A stretch of DNA of 64,000 nt from NCBI GenBank assembly GCA_019828565.1, contig JAHDYR010000007.1, positions 256,273 through 320,272 of the forward strand. Direction: 5' to 3'. Source of the DNA: Carpediemonas membranifera BICM (lineage: Eukaryota > Protista > Fornicata). Shown here one piece after another: positions 1 to 12,557 of this stretch. The notes beneath the pieces were generated by a model. It was not told the origin of the DNA, did not search any database, and saw only the letters and a program-made list of their open reading frames with translations. A program made the translations under genes and the position numbers. The stretch's first letter is position 1; the number at the start of each line of letters is the position of its first letter.

Positions 1-32
1 GTTCTCACGAACCCACAGTAACGTTACTTACA

Positions 33-3000
33 ATGACTGAGGACAAGGGTCCGTTATGTACTCAACCAGAGATTAATGCTCTGCTTTCGTTTAAGGAGAA
101 ACTCGATCGCCATGTCCGAACGGGCGGAAAACGCCGACTTATCAAGCGTTTGGGTCCGGCTGTCACCTCATACTGTGCAGCAGTTGGTGTAGACGTAGCC
201 AAGACGTACAAGAGCGCGAAGCACAACACAGTGACGGGCGAGAAGCGTAAGAAACATGAGAGAGAGGACCTCGTTTTTCAGAGCGATTGCTAACGCAATT
301 AAGCCCACTGATCCGATCCTAGAGCGCCGTCTTTTCCAGCTAACGACCCAGGGTATTGACGTGGGACGTCTCTCACTCTATGCCGACAGATTCATCAGCC
401 GCAAGGCCGTCTTGGCTCCCTCTTTCTCCGACGCCGTGATGCGCAGCATGTTCGTGAAGGGAATCCAGGACGAGGACCTCCGTAGGGAGGTCAAGGAGGC
501 GGCTACAGGGCTTGACCTTAACAGCACCATCCAGGTCGCTCTCCAGACGTGCAAGCGTCTCCAAGAGGCTGCGATGATTACTTCCAGGACCATCAAGTCC
601 GATTCTCAGCCTCGAAACCGCCCTCCTAAGGACCAGCGCGCAAGCCATTCTCGAGGTCTGCGCCGACAGGGCGGCCCGCCTCACCCGGGTGAGCACCAGT
701 CTCATGGCAAGCACCAGTACCGGGGAGCCCAGTCTGAAATGCAGAGAAGTCAGCAGACCGGCTCAAGCACCGATCATCAGAGCACCAGCCGTACCATCGT
801 GTGCTACAACTGCGGCAAGTCCGGTCACACATCGCGCCAGTGTCGGAACCCGAAGACTGTCTGCAGCAAGTGCGGTAAGCAGGGACATCAAGACAAGTTC
901 TGTCGGGGTACTTCAGTAAACCCCCAGGCTTGTTCATCCTTTTCTCGTGCACCCGCTCATGTCCTGACATCGTTGAGTCAGACACACAGCAACGCGCTCC
1001 CGATAGTAACAGCAGAGGTTCCGGTCGGTAATGATCACAGTGTGCAATGGGAGCGTGTACTTTTCGACTGCGGGGCGGATATTTGCTTGGTGAACCCCCA
1101 GTCGGCAACCGCTGCTGAACTTATTCCGACGAAGCTCAGTCAACCTATCGTCATCAAGACTCCAGGGGGATCTATTGAGTCCGACGTTTGCTATGAGATT
1201 CCCCTTCTCATGCATAAGTCACCTTTCACTCCAAAGGCACTGTCGACTACTGTCGCCGCATACGGAGTTGAATGCATCTACGACCTTCTATTGTCGTACC
1301 CAACGATGGTTGAGTGGGGCATACTGCCCAGTGTCGCGGAATCTCAAGCGAGCCGGGACTCTGACGATATGGAACCGTCCGTCCCCCCAATGGACGCGAT
1401 GCAGTCCTACATTATTCAACAGATTTTACAGCGATGCATGCGCGAATCATCGCCAAGTTCAGCCGTTGCTTCGAGGAGCGTGAGGGGTTTTCTGCCTTAG
1501 AGCCTTATGACCTGATCTTGAAGGAGGACCGAGTAGTAGCGTCCAGGTCAAATTACATCCCTCACCAGAAGCAGGGTCTGTTTGATGAGCACGTCCGGGA
1601 GCTGTTAGCCAAGAAGTATATTGAGGCGAGTTTCTCTCCGTACTCGTCTCCAGCTCTCCTCGTCCCGAAGGGCCGAGACAGAACTCGTATGGTTGTCGAT
1701 TTCAGAAGGATCAACGACCTTACTGAGCCGTTTGATTACCCGATCCCAGAGGTTCAAGCGTGCCTCGCACGGTTGGCAGGAGCTAAGATCTTCGCCACGA
1801 TTGACCTTTCGAAGGGTTATCATCAAGTCAAGTTGTCCGAAAGGTCGAGACAATACACTGCGTTCCAGACCCCACGAGGCAAGTTCCAGTATACGGGCAT
1901 GCCGTTTGGATTGAAAAACGCTGGGGCGCATTTCCAGTTTGCAATTGAACGGGGATTCCACGATCTACTTGGTACCGCGTGTATCATATATATTGACGAC
2001 ATTATAATTTTCGGCCGCACAGAGCAAGAGTACTTGTCCAACTTGAACAAGGTGTTGGCGAGGGCCGAAGAGTTGAAACTCAGCCTCAACAAGGAGAAGT
2101 CACACTTTGGACTCGCAGAAGTCGAGTTCTTAGGCTGGGTGGTGTCGGGTACAGGATTTAGAATTGCGCCAGACCGCATTCGGGATGTTGAGACGCTGCG
2201 TGTCCCGAAGACGAAGAAGGCCGCTCAAGCCCTAATGGGATTCTTGAACTTCATGAGAGATTTTGTGCCAGGTTTTTCGAGGATCGTGCACCCTTTAGCT
2301 CAAGCCGCGTGTGGCAAGGCACCTCCCGACGGCAGCGATCAGGTCGAGGCTTTGGCGCAGGTCAAAGATCTGCTGTGACAGGCTCCCGCCCTCGAACACT
2401 TCGATGTTACCCGTGAGCACGTCGTCATGACTGACGCGTCAGACCTTGGAATTGGCGGAGTGTTGCTACAAGACGGTAAGCCGGTGTCATACATGTCCAA
2501 GTCTTTCAACGATGTACAGACGAGATGGAGCACAATTGAACAGGAGGCGTATGCAATCGTTTCCGCGTTGCAGAGGTGGCGCAGGTTCTTGTGTTGGACA
2601 CCATTCACATTGCTGACTGACCATCGCAATCTTGTGTTTATGTCGCGTTCTTCCAACTCCAAGGTTCAACGGTGGTACGAATCAATATCTGATCTTGATT
2701 TCACGATCAAACATGTGGCCGGAGTGGATAACAGTGCAGCCGATGGTCTCAGTCGCGTGTTTGCGGCATCGGCAGATCGGTTGCCAGTGGCGTCTGAGAC
2801 GGAGATAGCTGAGGCACACAGACACGGGCAAGCTCACCTGCCACTGCATACCACGATACAATTCTTGAGGACACATGGCAAGAGGGCGCCCGTGGATCAG
2901 GTGGCGAGGGTGATCGACAGATGTCCGGTATGTCAACTCACAGCAAAACCAGCTGAAGCCGCCAGGGCATACTTACATACAGCCGGACTCAGGCCGTTCA

Positions 3001-3969
3001 TGAAGGTAGCAATGGACACTATCGGTCCGTTGCCCGAGTCGCTCGGATACAAGTTCATTTTAGTAGTAGTCGATATGGCTTCGAGGTGGACCGAGCTCAT
3101 TCCGCTGAAGACAACGAGAGCCGACGAAGCTGTCAGAGCATTTGCTGACCAGTGGATACTCAGGTATGGAGTCCCTCGAGTCCTCCAAACAGACGGAGGC
3201 AAGCAGTTTGTCAACAAGCTGTTCAAGGACTTGTCCGTCCGAGTTGGCTTTTTCAATCCATACAACCACTCCATATCATCCACAGTCAAATGGAGTGGTC
3301 GAACGAGCGAACAGCAGAGTCGAGCGTATTCTGAGGGCGCGGCAGTACGAGCTGAGGTCGGAGCTGTGGTCGGAGTCGTTGCCAGTTGCACAGTACATTG
3401 TCAACGCGACACCACACTCAGCAACGCGTTTAACCCCAGCAGAGGTGATTTTTGGTAGTGATCTGCGCGTACCGGCCGACATGCTAATCGTCAAAGAACT
3501 GGGTGAGAAGGCGGTCAGCCAACCAGCGAGCAACGTAGCTGCTGCCAAACTCGCTCGAGAGCTCGCTGAAGCACGTATTAAGGCAATGCACGCTGACGCT
3601 CTCAGCAAGCTGCCCCCTCCTGAACCAATTACGTCTGAGTTTGTATTGGTCAAATACCCGAATGGGCCACCATCAAAGTTGGCTGCAGGGTGGCGAGGCC
3701 CCATGCAACTGATCCAGCCTATCATGAGGAATGACTTTCCTGTTGGTTACTGGGTTAGAGATGTCAATACGAGGACCGAATTCCAGGTCGCGTCCGAGAG
3801 GGTCAGACCATTTTCAGGCGAACTGTCCATGCAACATGCCCAAGAGCTAGCAGCAATGACGATCGGCGAGTATGTCGTGGAGTCGATATACGAAGCAACG
3901 CATGAGCGCAGACTCAGCGATCGGCAGTTCCACGTCCGATGGGCAGGGTACGAGCCTTCGGAAGATACG
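33..3969 (+). pseudogene. Element A gag-pol: two CCHC knuckles, protease (LFDCGAD), RT (YIDD), RNase H (TDASD), integrase and N-half of chromodomain
   Basis: ORFs 33-293, 256-1500, 1434-2378, 2427-3458 and 3142-3969 are collinear with the intact element B protein. Frameshifts near 280, 1430 and 3250; in-frame TGA at 2376-2378. Confidence 0.93.
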
Positions 3970-4534
3970 CAAGTCCACCAATGTTTTCAGCTAAGTGTTC
4001 TCACTTACAACAGGGGTGGATGAAGACCAACAGGCCTGTACTAGAATAGATAGAACAGTGCCCCATCGAGCTCAAAAGGAGCGACTATGGCCCCTGTCCA
4101 ACGAACCAGAAGGTTACATTCAGGGTGCACCGCCGGTTATGAGTGGGAGCTCCATAGCCACAGGGACTAGAGAACGAACAATATGGAGCTTAGATTTACA
4201 GGGAAAGAGACGGAGAGCGCAGGGAAGGATGTCGGAGCATCGATGGAATGGAATTTTCGCCAGCTCAGAGGGAAGGAAGGATCACCGGCGAACAACAGCA
4301 GGGGGCCCAGATAGAGGCCGCGAACACACTACGAATGGCGTAACAACGGCCAAAATCCAGGGACGGTGTGGCATGAAAATGGCGATGCATTTTTAGAACC
4401 GCGCCATTTCGCCGCGAGCCCCAAAACAAACGATCAGGGAAAAATGAGAAAACAGGGAGGTCCGTGCGGGGACAGTACCTGCGCAGGGCCATGCTGACCG
4501 ATTTTCGCGTCGATGCATTTGCCAAGCTTTTTTC

Positions 4535-7500
4535 ATGCAGGGAAAAGAGAACAACCAGATGAGAGTGGAGATACCAGATAAGATCAGGGAATCCGCTCAA
4601 AAAGAGTGGGACACGATTAGAGAGCTACTAACGGACTACTTGATGGAAGAGAAGGGCACCAGAACGCTACTACTGCGTCGCGCAGAAGATTTTTCAGGGA
4701 GATCGTTCGGAGCTAGCTCCAGAGCACGAAAAGAGGTGATACTGAATGCGAGGAGAGTGCTACGTGCCGCAGGGATCACCAACAACAGAGACGAGATCCT
4801 CCGTAACCCCAACGGAATCCTAGGGCTTCGAGACATCTTCTACGCAATGACAGAGGCCTTAGACCCGAGAGAGGACGAAGAACGGCGCCTAGCAGAGGCC
4901 AAGGAGAACGTCACCATCCAACCAGGGCACAGGGACATGAGCAAGTGGCCTTCCGACCACAAGATCGAAGAGGCCATCCTCCAACCGAGAGAACAGAGCA
5001 ACATCGAGTGGGACAGTGAGAGAGACAGCATTGAGGGCAGAGAGACGGGCACATTCACGCTCACATCAGGGTATGGAGATGAGAAAGCCGTCGAGGCCAT
5101 CGCAGGAGAGGAGGTGTGGGACCCCACTAACCAGGGCCTGGTCACCAGGATCGCTATGGAGCAGGACGATGGCACCTACAAGGTCCTCATCGACATCAGA
5201 GATTGCAGAGCATGGCAGATCACCAGATTCATGGAGGAAGGCAGGGACATCCTCAGGTTGCAGGCCCCGGAGGCGCCGGCGGTCTGGCAGGCAGCTTGGT
5301 GCAAGACAGGAGTCAACACGGAGGGCAGAGGCGCAATAAGGGCACAAGGACAGGAGACGCCGCTCAGCAACAAGCTCGTCTTCTCTGACGTCAGGGCCAG
5401 GGTGATCAATGCCACCAGCCGCCGCCAAAAGAGGGACAGGGAAGAAGAGTCAGACAACGAGAGCGGCGCACAGACCAGCCAAGAGGAAGACCCCAAACCC
5501 AAGGTCGTGTTGACACAAGCGGAAGGAGTGAGCGCCAGAAGGGGCCTTGGAGCCGAGCTTGATCAGCAGGAAGAAGAGAGCATACCCCGAGCATCAGAGG
5601 GAAGTGCATCAGCAGGGAGCCTACCGGAGGCATTGCAGAGTCAGGGTCAGAAGAAGCTCATCCTCGGTTCTATCGACTTCGAGTGTGGAGATCCTGGGAG
5701 TGAGAGGGCAGGGATCAGTGCGGTGCCGACAGAGGGGGGCTCGTGCTAGTGGACGTCGAGACGGGGGAGGTCGTTGGCCATGGCCACGGCCTCTTCTATG
5801 AGCCCAACCTGCCGGCCAACAAGGTGGACCAGAGCAGATACGCGACGTGGGCAGTGACGGGGATTCCCCCAGCGACGTTCGTGGAAGTGGACACAGGGGA
5901 GGTGCCGATGGACTATCAGCAGCACTTCAGCAGATTTAGAGAGTGGGCCACGCGGCTCGCAGCCAAGCTGAGAGACAGAGAGACCAGGGAGAACTGGAAG
6001 CTAGTCCTTCATGCCAAGGGCGTCCACATGGAGAAGTTCCTCCCTGACGAACGAGGTCAACGGGCTCAACAGGGACACCAGGGACTTCTTTAGAATGAGG
6101 CTGGTGGACGATAGCGAGCTGGCCGACGCCATCGAGGAGCTCGCCCCGGATAAGGCAAGAGAGTACAGGGCAAACTACGAGATCAAGAACTACAGGGAGA
6201 TGGCAGATATATGGGCCAGCCAATGGCAGCGCAGGGAGCTCCCGAAGGGGGCCTGTCCGTACCACAGGCACACTGCAGGGTGCTACCATTGTGCGCTGGC
6301 AGATGCAACGTTGTTCGCGGCGAAGGTGTGGGGCATGATGCTGAAGAAGATGAGCACGCCGGATCTGGAGAGTGCGATGGGTAACGCTTTCAACAGCATG
6401 CATGACACGGTCAGGGACGCAGGGATCAGAGACGACCTCTGCGGAGGCAACGGAGTAGCGTACAGGCGTGAGACCTTCAACATCTTCGGAGGGCACCCGT
6501 ACGGCAACAGCAGGGACCTAAGCAGGGAAGAGGGCGACCGCATCCTAGTGGTCCCGGACAACGATCACTGCTATGGGATCGGCTTCGGATTCAGCGAGGT
6601 CATTAAGGGTATGAAGGGCATCTATTGGCCCCAACCACGGTCATGGAGAGAGGAGTCATCACGAGAGTCCCCATATGGTCGATCCATGAGAACACGACCC
6701 ACATTCAGAGACTGATGTTGCAGGGAAGAGCTGGCAGGGCAGTTACTAGGGACGAGGACATCGTCACCATCGCGATGGTCTACAGCTGGTGGCCCTCAAG
6801 GGAGGATACTGCTCATCAGGGTCAGCCGGGAGTCCACGACCTGGCAGAGAGCGTCAGACGCGAGGAGAAAGCCATAGCGAACGTCAGGGCACCCCCAGGG
6901 TATAGCGCAACCATCAGAGCGGCCTTCATCCCGAGAGACTGGGGCTGTATCAGGGTCAGAGAGGCAGGGACGACACTGGGACGGATGAAGAAGGTGGGGA
7001 CCCGTATGGTGTCCACGACCATCCCGCCAGAGGATAACTGCAAGATCACCCAGAGGCCGACGGTTAAGTACATCCCGTCAAGAGATGGAAAGGAGGAGAG
7101 ACCCTACACGGTCGATTACTCAGACATGGGCATAGAGGGATCTATCAGACGGCTCACCGAGATGATTGGCACGCCGGTCGGGCCAGTAGGCCGAGATGAC
7201 CTCTATACCAACAACCGCCGAGCCGACGGAACCCTCAGAGACGAGAGAGAGCCCAGAAACAACGGCGTCCATCGGTGCGACAGAGAGCGCAGGGACGTCA
7301 GGCCTCATCATGAGGACAGAGAGCGCAGGGACGACGGGCCTCGCCGCGAGGTCAGAGGACGCTGGGAAGACGGGCCTCACCATGAGGACAGAGAGCGCAG
7401 GGACGATCAGGGCAGAGACTCCGGAGAGAGCAGACGCCGCTCACCCCCTCATGGGACCGGCAAGAGGAGTGGCAAGGACAGGGCGGTGAGCTACACAGGG

Positions 7501-7912
7501 GCTGGAAAGAGGGGCAAGCTCGACGGCGACGCCCGTTACGAGGCTGGAAGCAGACAGTCGAGTGACAGCGACGCGGAGAGGGACGAACTCAGGAAGGAAC
7601 TTGATGAAGCCAAGAAGCTGATTCTCGCACTCAGGGCCAGGGACAGCAGGGGAGGAGGAGCAGGCGACGCCAACCCCAGCACCGGCTGACACCCAGGGAA
7701 ACCAGGGTACCGGCAAGGAGCACAGGGTAGTCCGCCACAAGAAGAGGACTCGGACAAAGAGGTCTCGCAAGCCGAGACAGCTAAACCAGATGGAGCTAGT
7801 GGCCCAGATCGTGTCAACGGTGATGAAGACCATGCAGCAACAACAGGGGATGGCAACCGAGAACCAGAGCGATGATGGCAGTGACAGTGGCAACTCAACG
7901 GAGACCGATTAA
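4535..7912 (+). CDS. LINE-1 ORF1 (~1100 aa, frameshifted) with CPYHx5CxxC-like motif, Arg/Asp-rich repeats, a coiled coil and an acidic tail
   Basis: Overlapping ORFs 4535-5749, 5743-6093, 6011-6715 and 6625-7689, plus a tail ending TAA at 7910-7912. Blocks match LINE-2 ORF1 (LILGSIDFE/MLIGCIDFE; KGACPYHR/KGLCPYHR; FIPRDWGCI/VLPLDWGIR). Confidence 0.8.
7279..7405 (+). repeat. Three copies of GACAGAGAGCGCAGGGACG (DRERRD) inside LINE-1 ORF1
   Basis: Direct repeats visible near 7279, 7315 and 7387. Confidence 0.75.
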
Positions 7913-7976
7913 GCAGGGTAAAGTGGTATTCTTTGAGAGTGATAGTGACAGTTGTGAGTTCTTTTCTTTTAATCCA

Positions 7977-8077
7977 ACCCTGGCTCCCACCCAGGGTCCG
8001 GCATTAGCTGAAATGCACTGCCGGTGGGCTGTGGCGGCAGCCAAAGGGGGGTCACGCCAATGCGCCCCCTCCTAAGT
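7977..8077 (+). ncRNA. Conserved structured RNA in the LINE-1 inter-ORF spacer (function unknown)
   Basis: Four hairpins follow a pyrimidine tract. A homolog at 25890-25993(-) shows compensatory changes, and the same architecture recurs at 54931-55057(-). Confidence 0.7.
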
Positions 8078-8229
8078 ATCCCTGCCCGAAGGTAAGGATG
8101 GTCACCAGGGTAACCCATAGTTGGCCCGCCATGGGTAACCGGAGCCGGCACGAAGGCCCCGTGACGGGACAAGGGCAGATTGCAGGGAATTTCCGAAAAT
8201 TCGCAGGATAGGAAAGACGGAGTACAAGA

Positions 8230-11200
8230 ATGGAAACGATCAAGATAGCGAGCCTGAACACTGAGGGACACATCGGGAAGGGAAAGGACTTCACGGCCTC
8301 AATGGCAACGGCTATAAGGATGAAACTGAGCGACACAGATGCAGTATGCATCCAAGAAACGTGGAGGACGGCGAATACGAGGGTACACAACTTCATAGAC
8401 TTCGACTACGCAATGGCAGGGAAGGAAACAGAGGAGGAGCTAGCTATGGACAACGAGAGGAGGAAGAAAGAAGCCCAAAGCCAGCGCCGAATAGATGCCC
8501 AGCTGGGCATAGCAGGGAGCAGTAGCCGGACGCCCAGGACGAGGGGTACTAGAGAAGGAGTGGGCACAATCATCAACCCAAGAGCAAGAGGGAGCTGGGA
8601 CGTAGGCATCACAGATAGCTTATCAGGGAGGATACAGGTGAGCATACTCAGAACCCATAGGGACATCCTGGTGATCAACGTGTATGGCCCACCGGTCGGC
8701 CACGGAAGGGAGGAGAAGGACGAGTTCAGGGACGGAATAAGGAGCATTATGGAGATGAAAGGAGAGATGGAAACAATCATCATAGGGGACTGGAACCTCG
8801 ACCCCAAAAGGATAGCCACAATGGCAAGATGGAAGGACCTGATCAGGGACTATAAGCTGGGAGCAGTGATCCCCATGGAAGGTACCCTCACCAAGGGAAC
8901 TACCACTCCGGACTTCGCGCTGGTATCATCAGGGATCAGAGGAGCAAGGATAGAAGTACTGGATGCTAGTCGACTCGGAGTCTGGGGGTCAGCCCACAAC
9001 ATGATAAGACTGGAATGGAGGGAACAACGGATCCAACGGACTACAAAGAGAGAGGAAGTCCTAGACATACCGGGCGTCAGAGTGTGGAACATGAGGAAGA
9101 AGGCTGAACGCACATCAGTCAGAAGACTGCACCGTTTTAAGAGCCTGGATGAGTGGGAGGAGGATATCAGGAAGGATATGGGCGAGCCGTCAGGTCACCC
9201 AGGCAGTGGAGACAGGGAAGAGGTCATCAAAGAAAAGGTGTGGTCGGAACTCCGGCACACACCATGGACAGAAGAGGGAAACAAGACCAGAAGTGAGATC
9301 ATGAAGCGTGAGCTACAGGCCTTCTGGGGAAAACGCAGGGAAGAGTGGATCCAGGACCTCAGCCGGAGCGCGAAGGAAGGATACAAAGCATCCAGGTCCA
9401 TGGTGGAAGCAGCGGTAAGAAGATGGTGGTGTGAAAACCAGTTCAAGGGCATGCCAGAGAGCATACTGAAGGACGGGAAGATTACCACCAACAAGGAAGA
9501 AATAGGTAAGATCCTCCTACAACAGTATGCAGGAGTGAGCAGGGGCAGGGAACCGGAGTGGAAGGATAGAGGCAATGGAAAGAGGGAGGACGAATTTAAG
9601 GAGAGAGAAATACGAGAAGCGATCAGAAGGACAAAGAGGGACACTGCACCGGGACCGGACCACACTACAGGGGACATGCTCAGGGACACAGATGACCAGG
9701 GGATCGCTCAGATAACTAGGCTCATGAACAGGGTATACAGGGAGGGCAAGATCCCGACAACATGGAAGTATGCTACAGTCTCGGCCATCCACAAGACAGG
9801 GAAGCCCAGAGTGAAGCCGGAGTCGTACAGACCCATCTCGCTAACACCACTACTGTATAGGGTGTATGGTAGGCTCCTGAAGAGAAGATTAGAAGCAGCC
9901 ACATGGCACCTCATCCCAAGAGAGCAAGCAGGGTTCCAATCGGATAAGGACGTAATACAACAGATACAATACATCGTGCAGAGACACCAGGAAGGGGGGG
10001 AGACCACGTCGATCTTCCTAGACATAGAGAAAGCCTATGACACCGTCCCGAGGGACATCCTCATGGATAAGCTGCAGGGAATGGGGGTCGAAGACCACCT
10101 CATCAGGGCAATACAGAGTACACTAGAAGAGACATGGATCTCGGTGAAGGGGGCAGGGTCATGGGAGAGAACAAACAGGGGAGTGAAGCAAGGATGTGTC
10201 CTAGCGCCGACCCTGTTCGTTTTGTTCATGGCAAACTGGCCTCACCTGGTCAGGAAGAAGCATCAGGGACAAGAGTACGATATCAGGGAACCACCAACGG
10301 AGTTACCAAGAGTCCGGGACACGCTGCCGGCCACCCTAACCATGTTCGTGGACGATACAGCGGTCACAGGGGAGAACACCGGAAAAGAGTAAGATAGTGG
10401 CGAACCTAGTCATAGAAGTTATCAAGGAGCACCTCATGAGGGCAAATGCACAAAAGAGTGAGATGATCAGTGTAGACAGGGCAGCAGTGGCGAGAGTGGG
10501 GGAGTTACCCTAATGGCAAAAGAGGAAGCTAAGTACCTAGGTCTCTGGATAGCCAGCGGAAAAGACCCACTGGCAGCCTGTATCAGAAAGAAGCGGGAGC
10601 AGAGCGAAAGGTACAAGAAGCTAGTGAGAAGAGTGGGATGGACCAGAGGCAACATGCCGGCGCTAGCCAGCAGGCTCCTCCTCGAAGTTTACATATGGCC
10701 GAGGATAATGTTTGGAGTGGAGGTGTGGGGCTACGCAGCAGGGGGGAACAAGATATGGACGGATTGGCAGGGCATCATGGCCGGAACAGGCCCAGGTGGG
10801 GGCTCGGTCATGCGCATCTTGAACGGATGGATGGACCTGCAAGCCCACCTGGAGATGCTAGCAGTCAAGAGGATCGTGACAAGCAGGGGCCAGGATATAC
10901 CAATCAGAGACAGGGTCTGGAAGGAGGGATCGATTATGTGGAAAGCCAGGGACTCAGTGAACGCACTCCTCAGAGGAACAAGAGAGGGAGCAACGAATGC
11001 AGGGAAGATAGACTTTGGTAGGGAGATGGTAAGAATGAACTGGACCAGGAGGTGCAAGAGCAAGACAGCGGTGGGGCTCATGGAAGTCCTAGGACCCAAA
11101 CGTATGGGAAAGTGCATGGCGGGGAAACCGGCCATAAGTAGGAAGACAGGGAAGTGGCAGTCAAGGGCAGAGTGGAAAAGGATAGTGTCGGTGGCAGCGA

Positions 11201-11680
11201 ATGTCAGCCCGTCTCCATCATCAGCGGAAAGGGGAGAAGGCCCAGAGCGAGCGCTGGCGGACCTGGCGATGGGTGAGGAACTCAAACACAAGATACAAAG
11301 GAGGTGCCCCCTGTGCACAAAGGAGAGCGAGATAGAGTTACTGTGGCAAATAGCGAGAGAGCAGCCAAACCAAGCCAGGAAGCAGGCACTAATCAGGGGA
11401 GTGGGTAAGGGGTCAGCCGCTGGGATCGGCGGCCCACATTATGTGTGAGTGCCCAGAGGTTGAAAGAGGAGATGACTGGGAAAAGATATGGAAGACAGCT
11501 AAGGAGAGGACCAGGGAATTGCAAGTCAGAAGAGGCCCGAATGGGAGGTGGTATGAGAAGAGGCCAATCTTAGAGGTGCAACAACTAGTGTTAACAGGGT
11601 CGGAAGAGATATGGGAAGGACTGCGAGCTGGGCTGAGAGCCCTGGCAAAGGTCTATGATAGCTATAGAATAGATGGATAG
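8230..11680 (+). CDS. LINE-1 ORF2: AP endonuclease, reverse transcriptase and C-terminal CCHC finger (frameshifted)
   Basis: APE motifs ASLN, CIQET, INVYGP, IGDWN, PDF, SAH. RT motifs APGPD, YRPISL, QAGF, FLDIEKAYD, GVKQG, FVDD, YLGLWI. CPLC...HYVCEC. ORFs 8230-10392, 10513-11448 and 11441-11680. Confidence 0.93.
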
Positions 11681-12466
11681 ATAAGGAACACCACATCCAG
11701 AAAGGGGGCAGGGAAGCATAGACTCTGGGATCAAGGGGAGACCCCCATGTTTCCCAGGGAGAGGGCAGGGCCAGGGACAGAGGAAATCCATCAATTGGAT
11801 GGTTGCACCACTCGCGGTGAACCTAAGGAAACTGCAGGGACTGAGCATGGGATACGGGGGGACATGACGTCCCCGCCGCCCTTGTGAACGATAGAGGGAC
11901 GCTGGGAAGTGTAGCACAAGAGAACTATCATAAGGGGTACTAGGCCTTGCAGATCTAGAGTCTGTGTTAGCCCTAGCCCACGCCGCCTAACAGGGGTAGA
12001 TGAGAGGGACTTAGTTGCTTTCCCCGCCCACGGGTAGGCCACTTAACAGGGTCGTGGGGGCACTGAACAGGGAATCTGGAAAGAGGAGAGGGTGCCATGC
12101 TTGAACGACCCCGTAGGGACTGCAGGGAATCAGGGAGTGCTATAGAGAAGGTCTTGCAGGACAAACCTGCCTGTGGAAGCACCGAGGACAGACCCCCAGG
12201 CTCCCTGGAAGCTGCCGGGTTTACAGGGAGACAGGAAAGCGCTCAGCGCACGGAGATGGCGAAGGCCTATGGGGGGAAGTGAAATCGGGAGTGAGCGGAA
12301 GCAGTAGCACCGAATCGCTCGTTGGACGCAGCTGACAAGTTCAATCGCAGGGAGGAGGCAGCGCCCCGGGGAACTCGGCTCCAGTAATAAGGGAGATCAG
12401 CCTAAGTAACCGGGGCCCGATACCAGGCACCATAAATTTTCTTTCTTTCTTTCTTCGGAAGATACG

Positions 12467-12532
12467 TGGGAGCCGTACCAGAACGTTAAGGGATGCGAAG
12501 CGTTGGATATATATCTGGGGAAGGCCGAATAA
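12467..12532 (+). CDS. C-terminal half of the element A integrase chromodomain
   Basis: Reads WEPYQNVKGCEALDIYLGKAE* directly after the right TSD. Confidence 0.9.
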   Translation, partial: WEPYQNVKGCEALDIYLGKAE

Positions 12533-12557
12533 ATGGCCCCCAAGCATCAGAAACTGT

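Larger units (their letters stand above)
3970..12452 (+). mobile_element. Full-length non-LTR retrotransposon LINE-1 (ORF1 + APE-RT ORF2), ~8.5 kb
   Basis: 14-bp TSD CTTCGGAAGATACG at 3956-3969 and 12453-12466. 3' tail TAAATTTT(CTTT)n. Removing the insert restores A's chromodomain, WAGYEPSEDT|WEPYQNVKGCEALDIYL. Confidence 0.95.

Noticed and set aside
256-300. Programmed gag frameshift in element A (and shifts in C, LINE-1 and LINE-2)
   Set aside because: Element B encodes the same protein in one frame, and many shifts fall in homopolymer runs, so sequencing error or decay is more likely.
3970-4100. HDV-like ribozyme at the LINE 5' ends
   Set aside because: Only a TCCACC/GGTGGA stem is seen; no nested double pseudoknot could be built.
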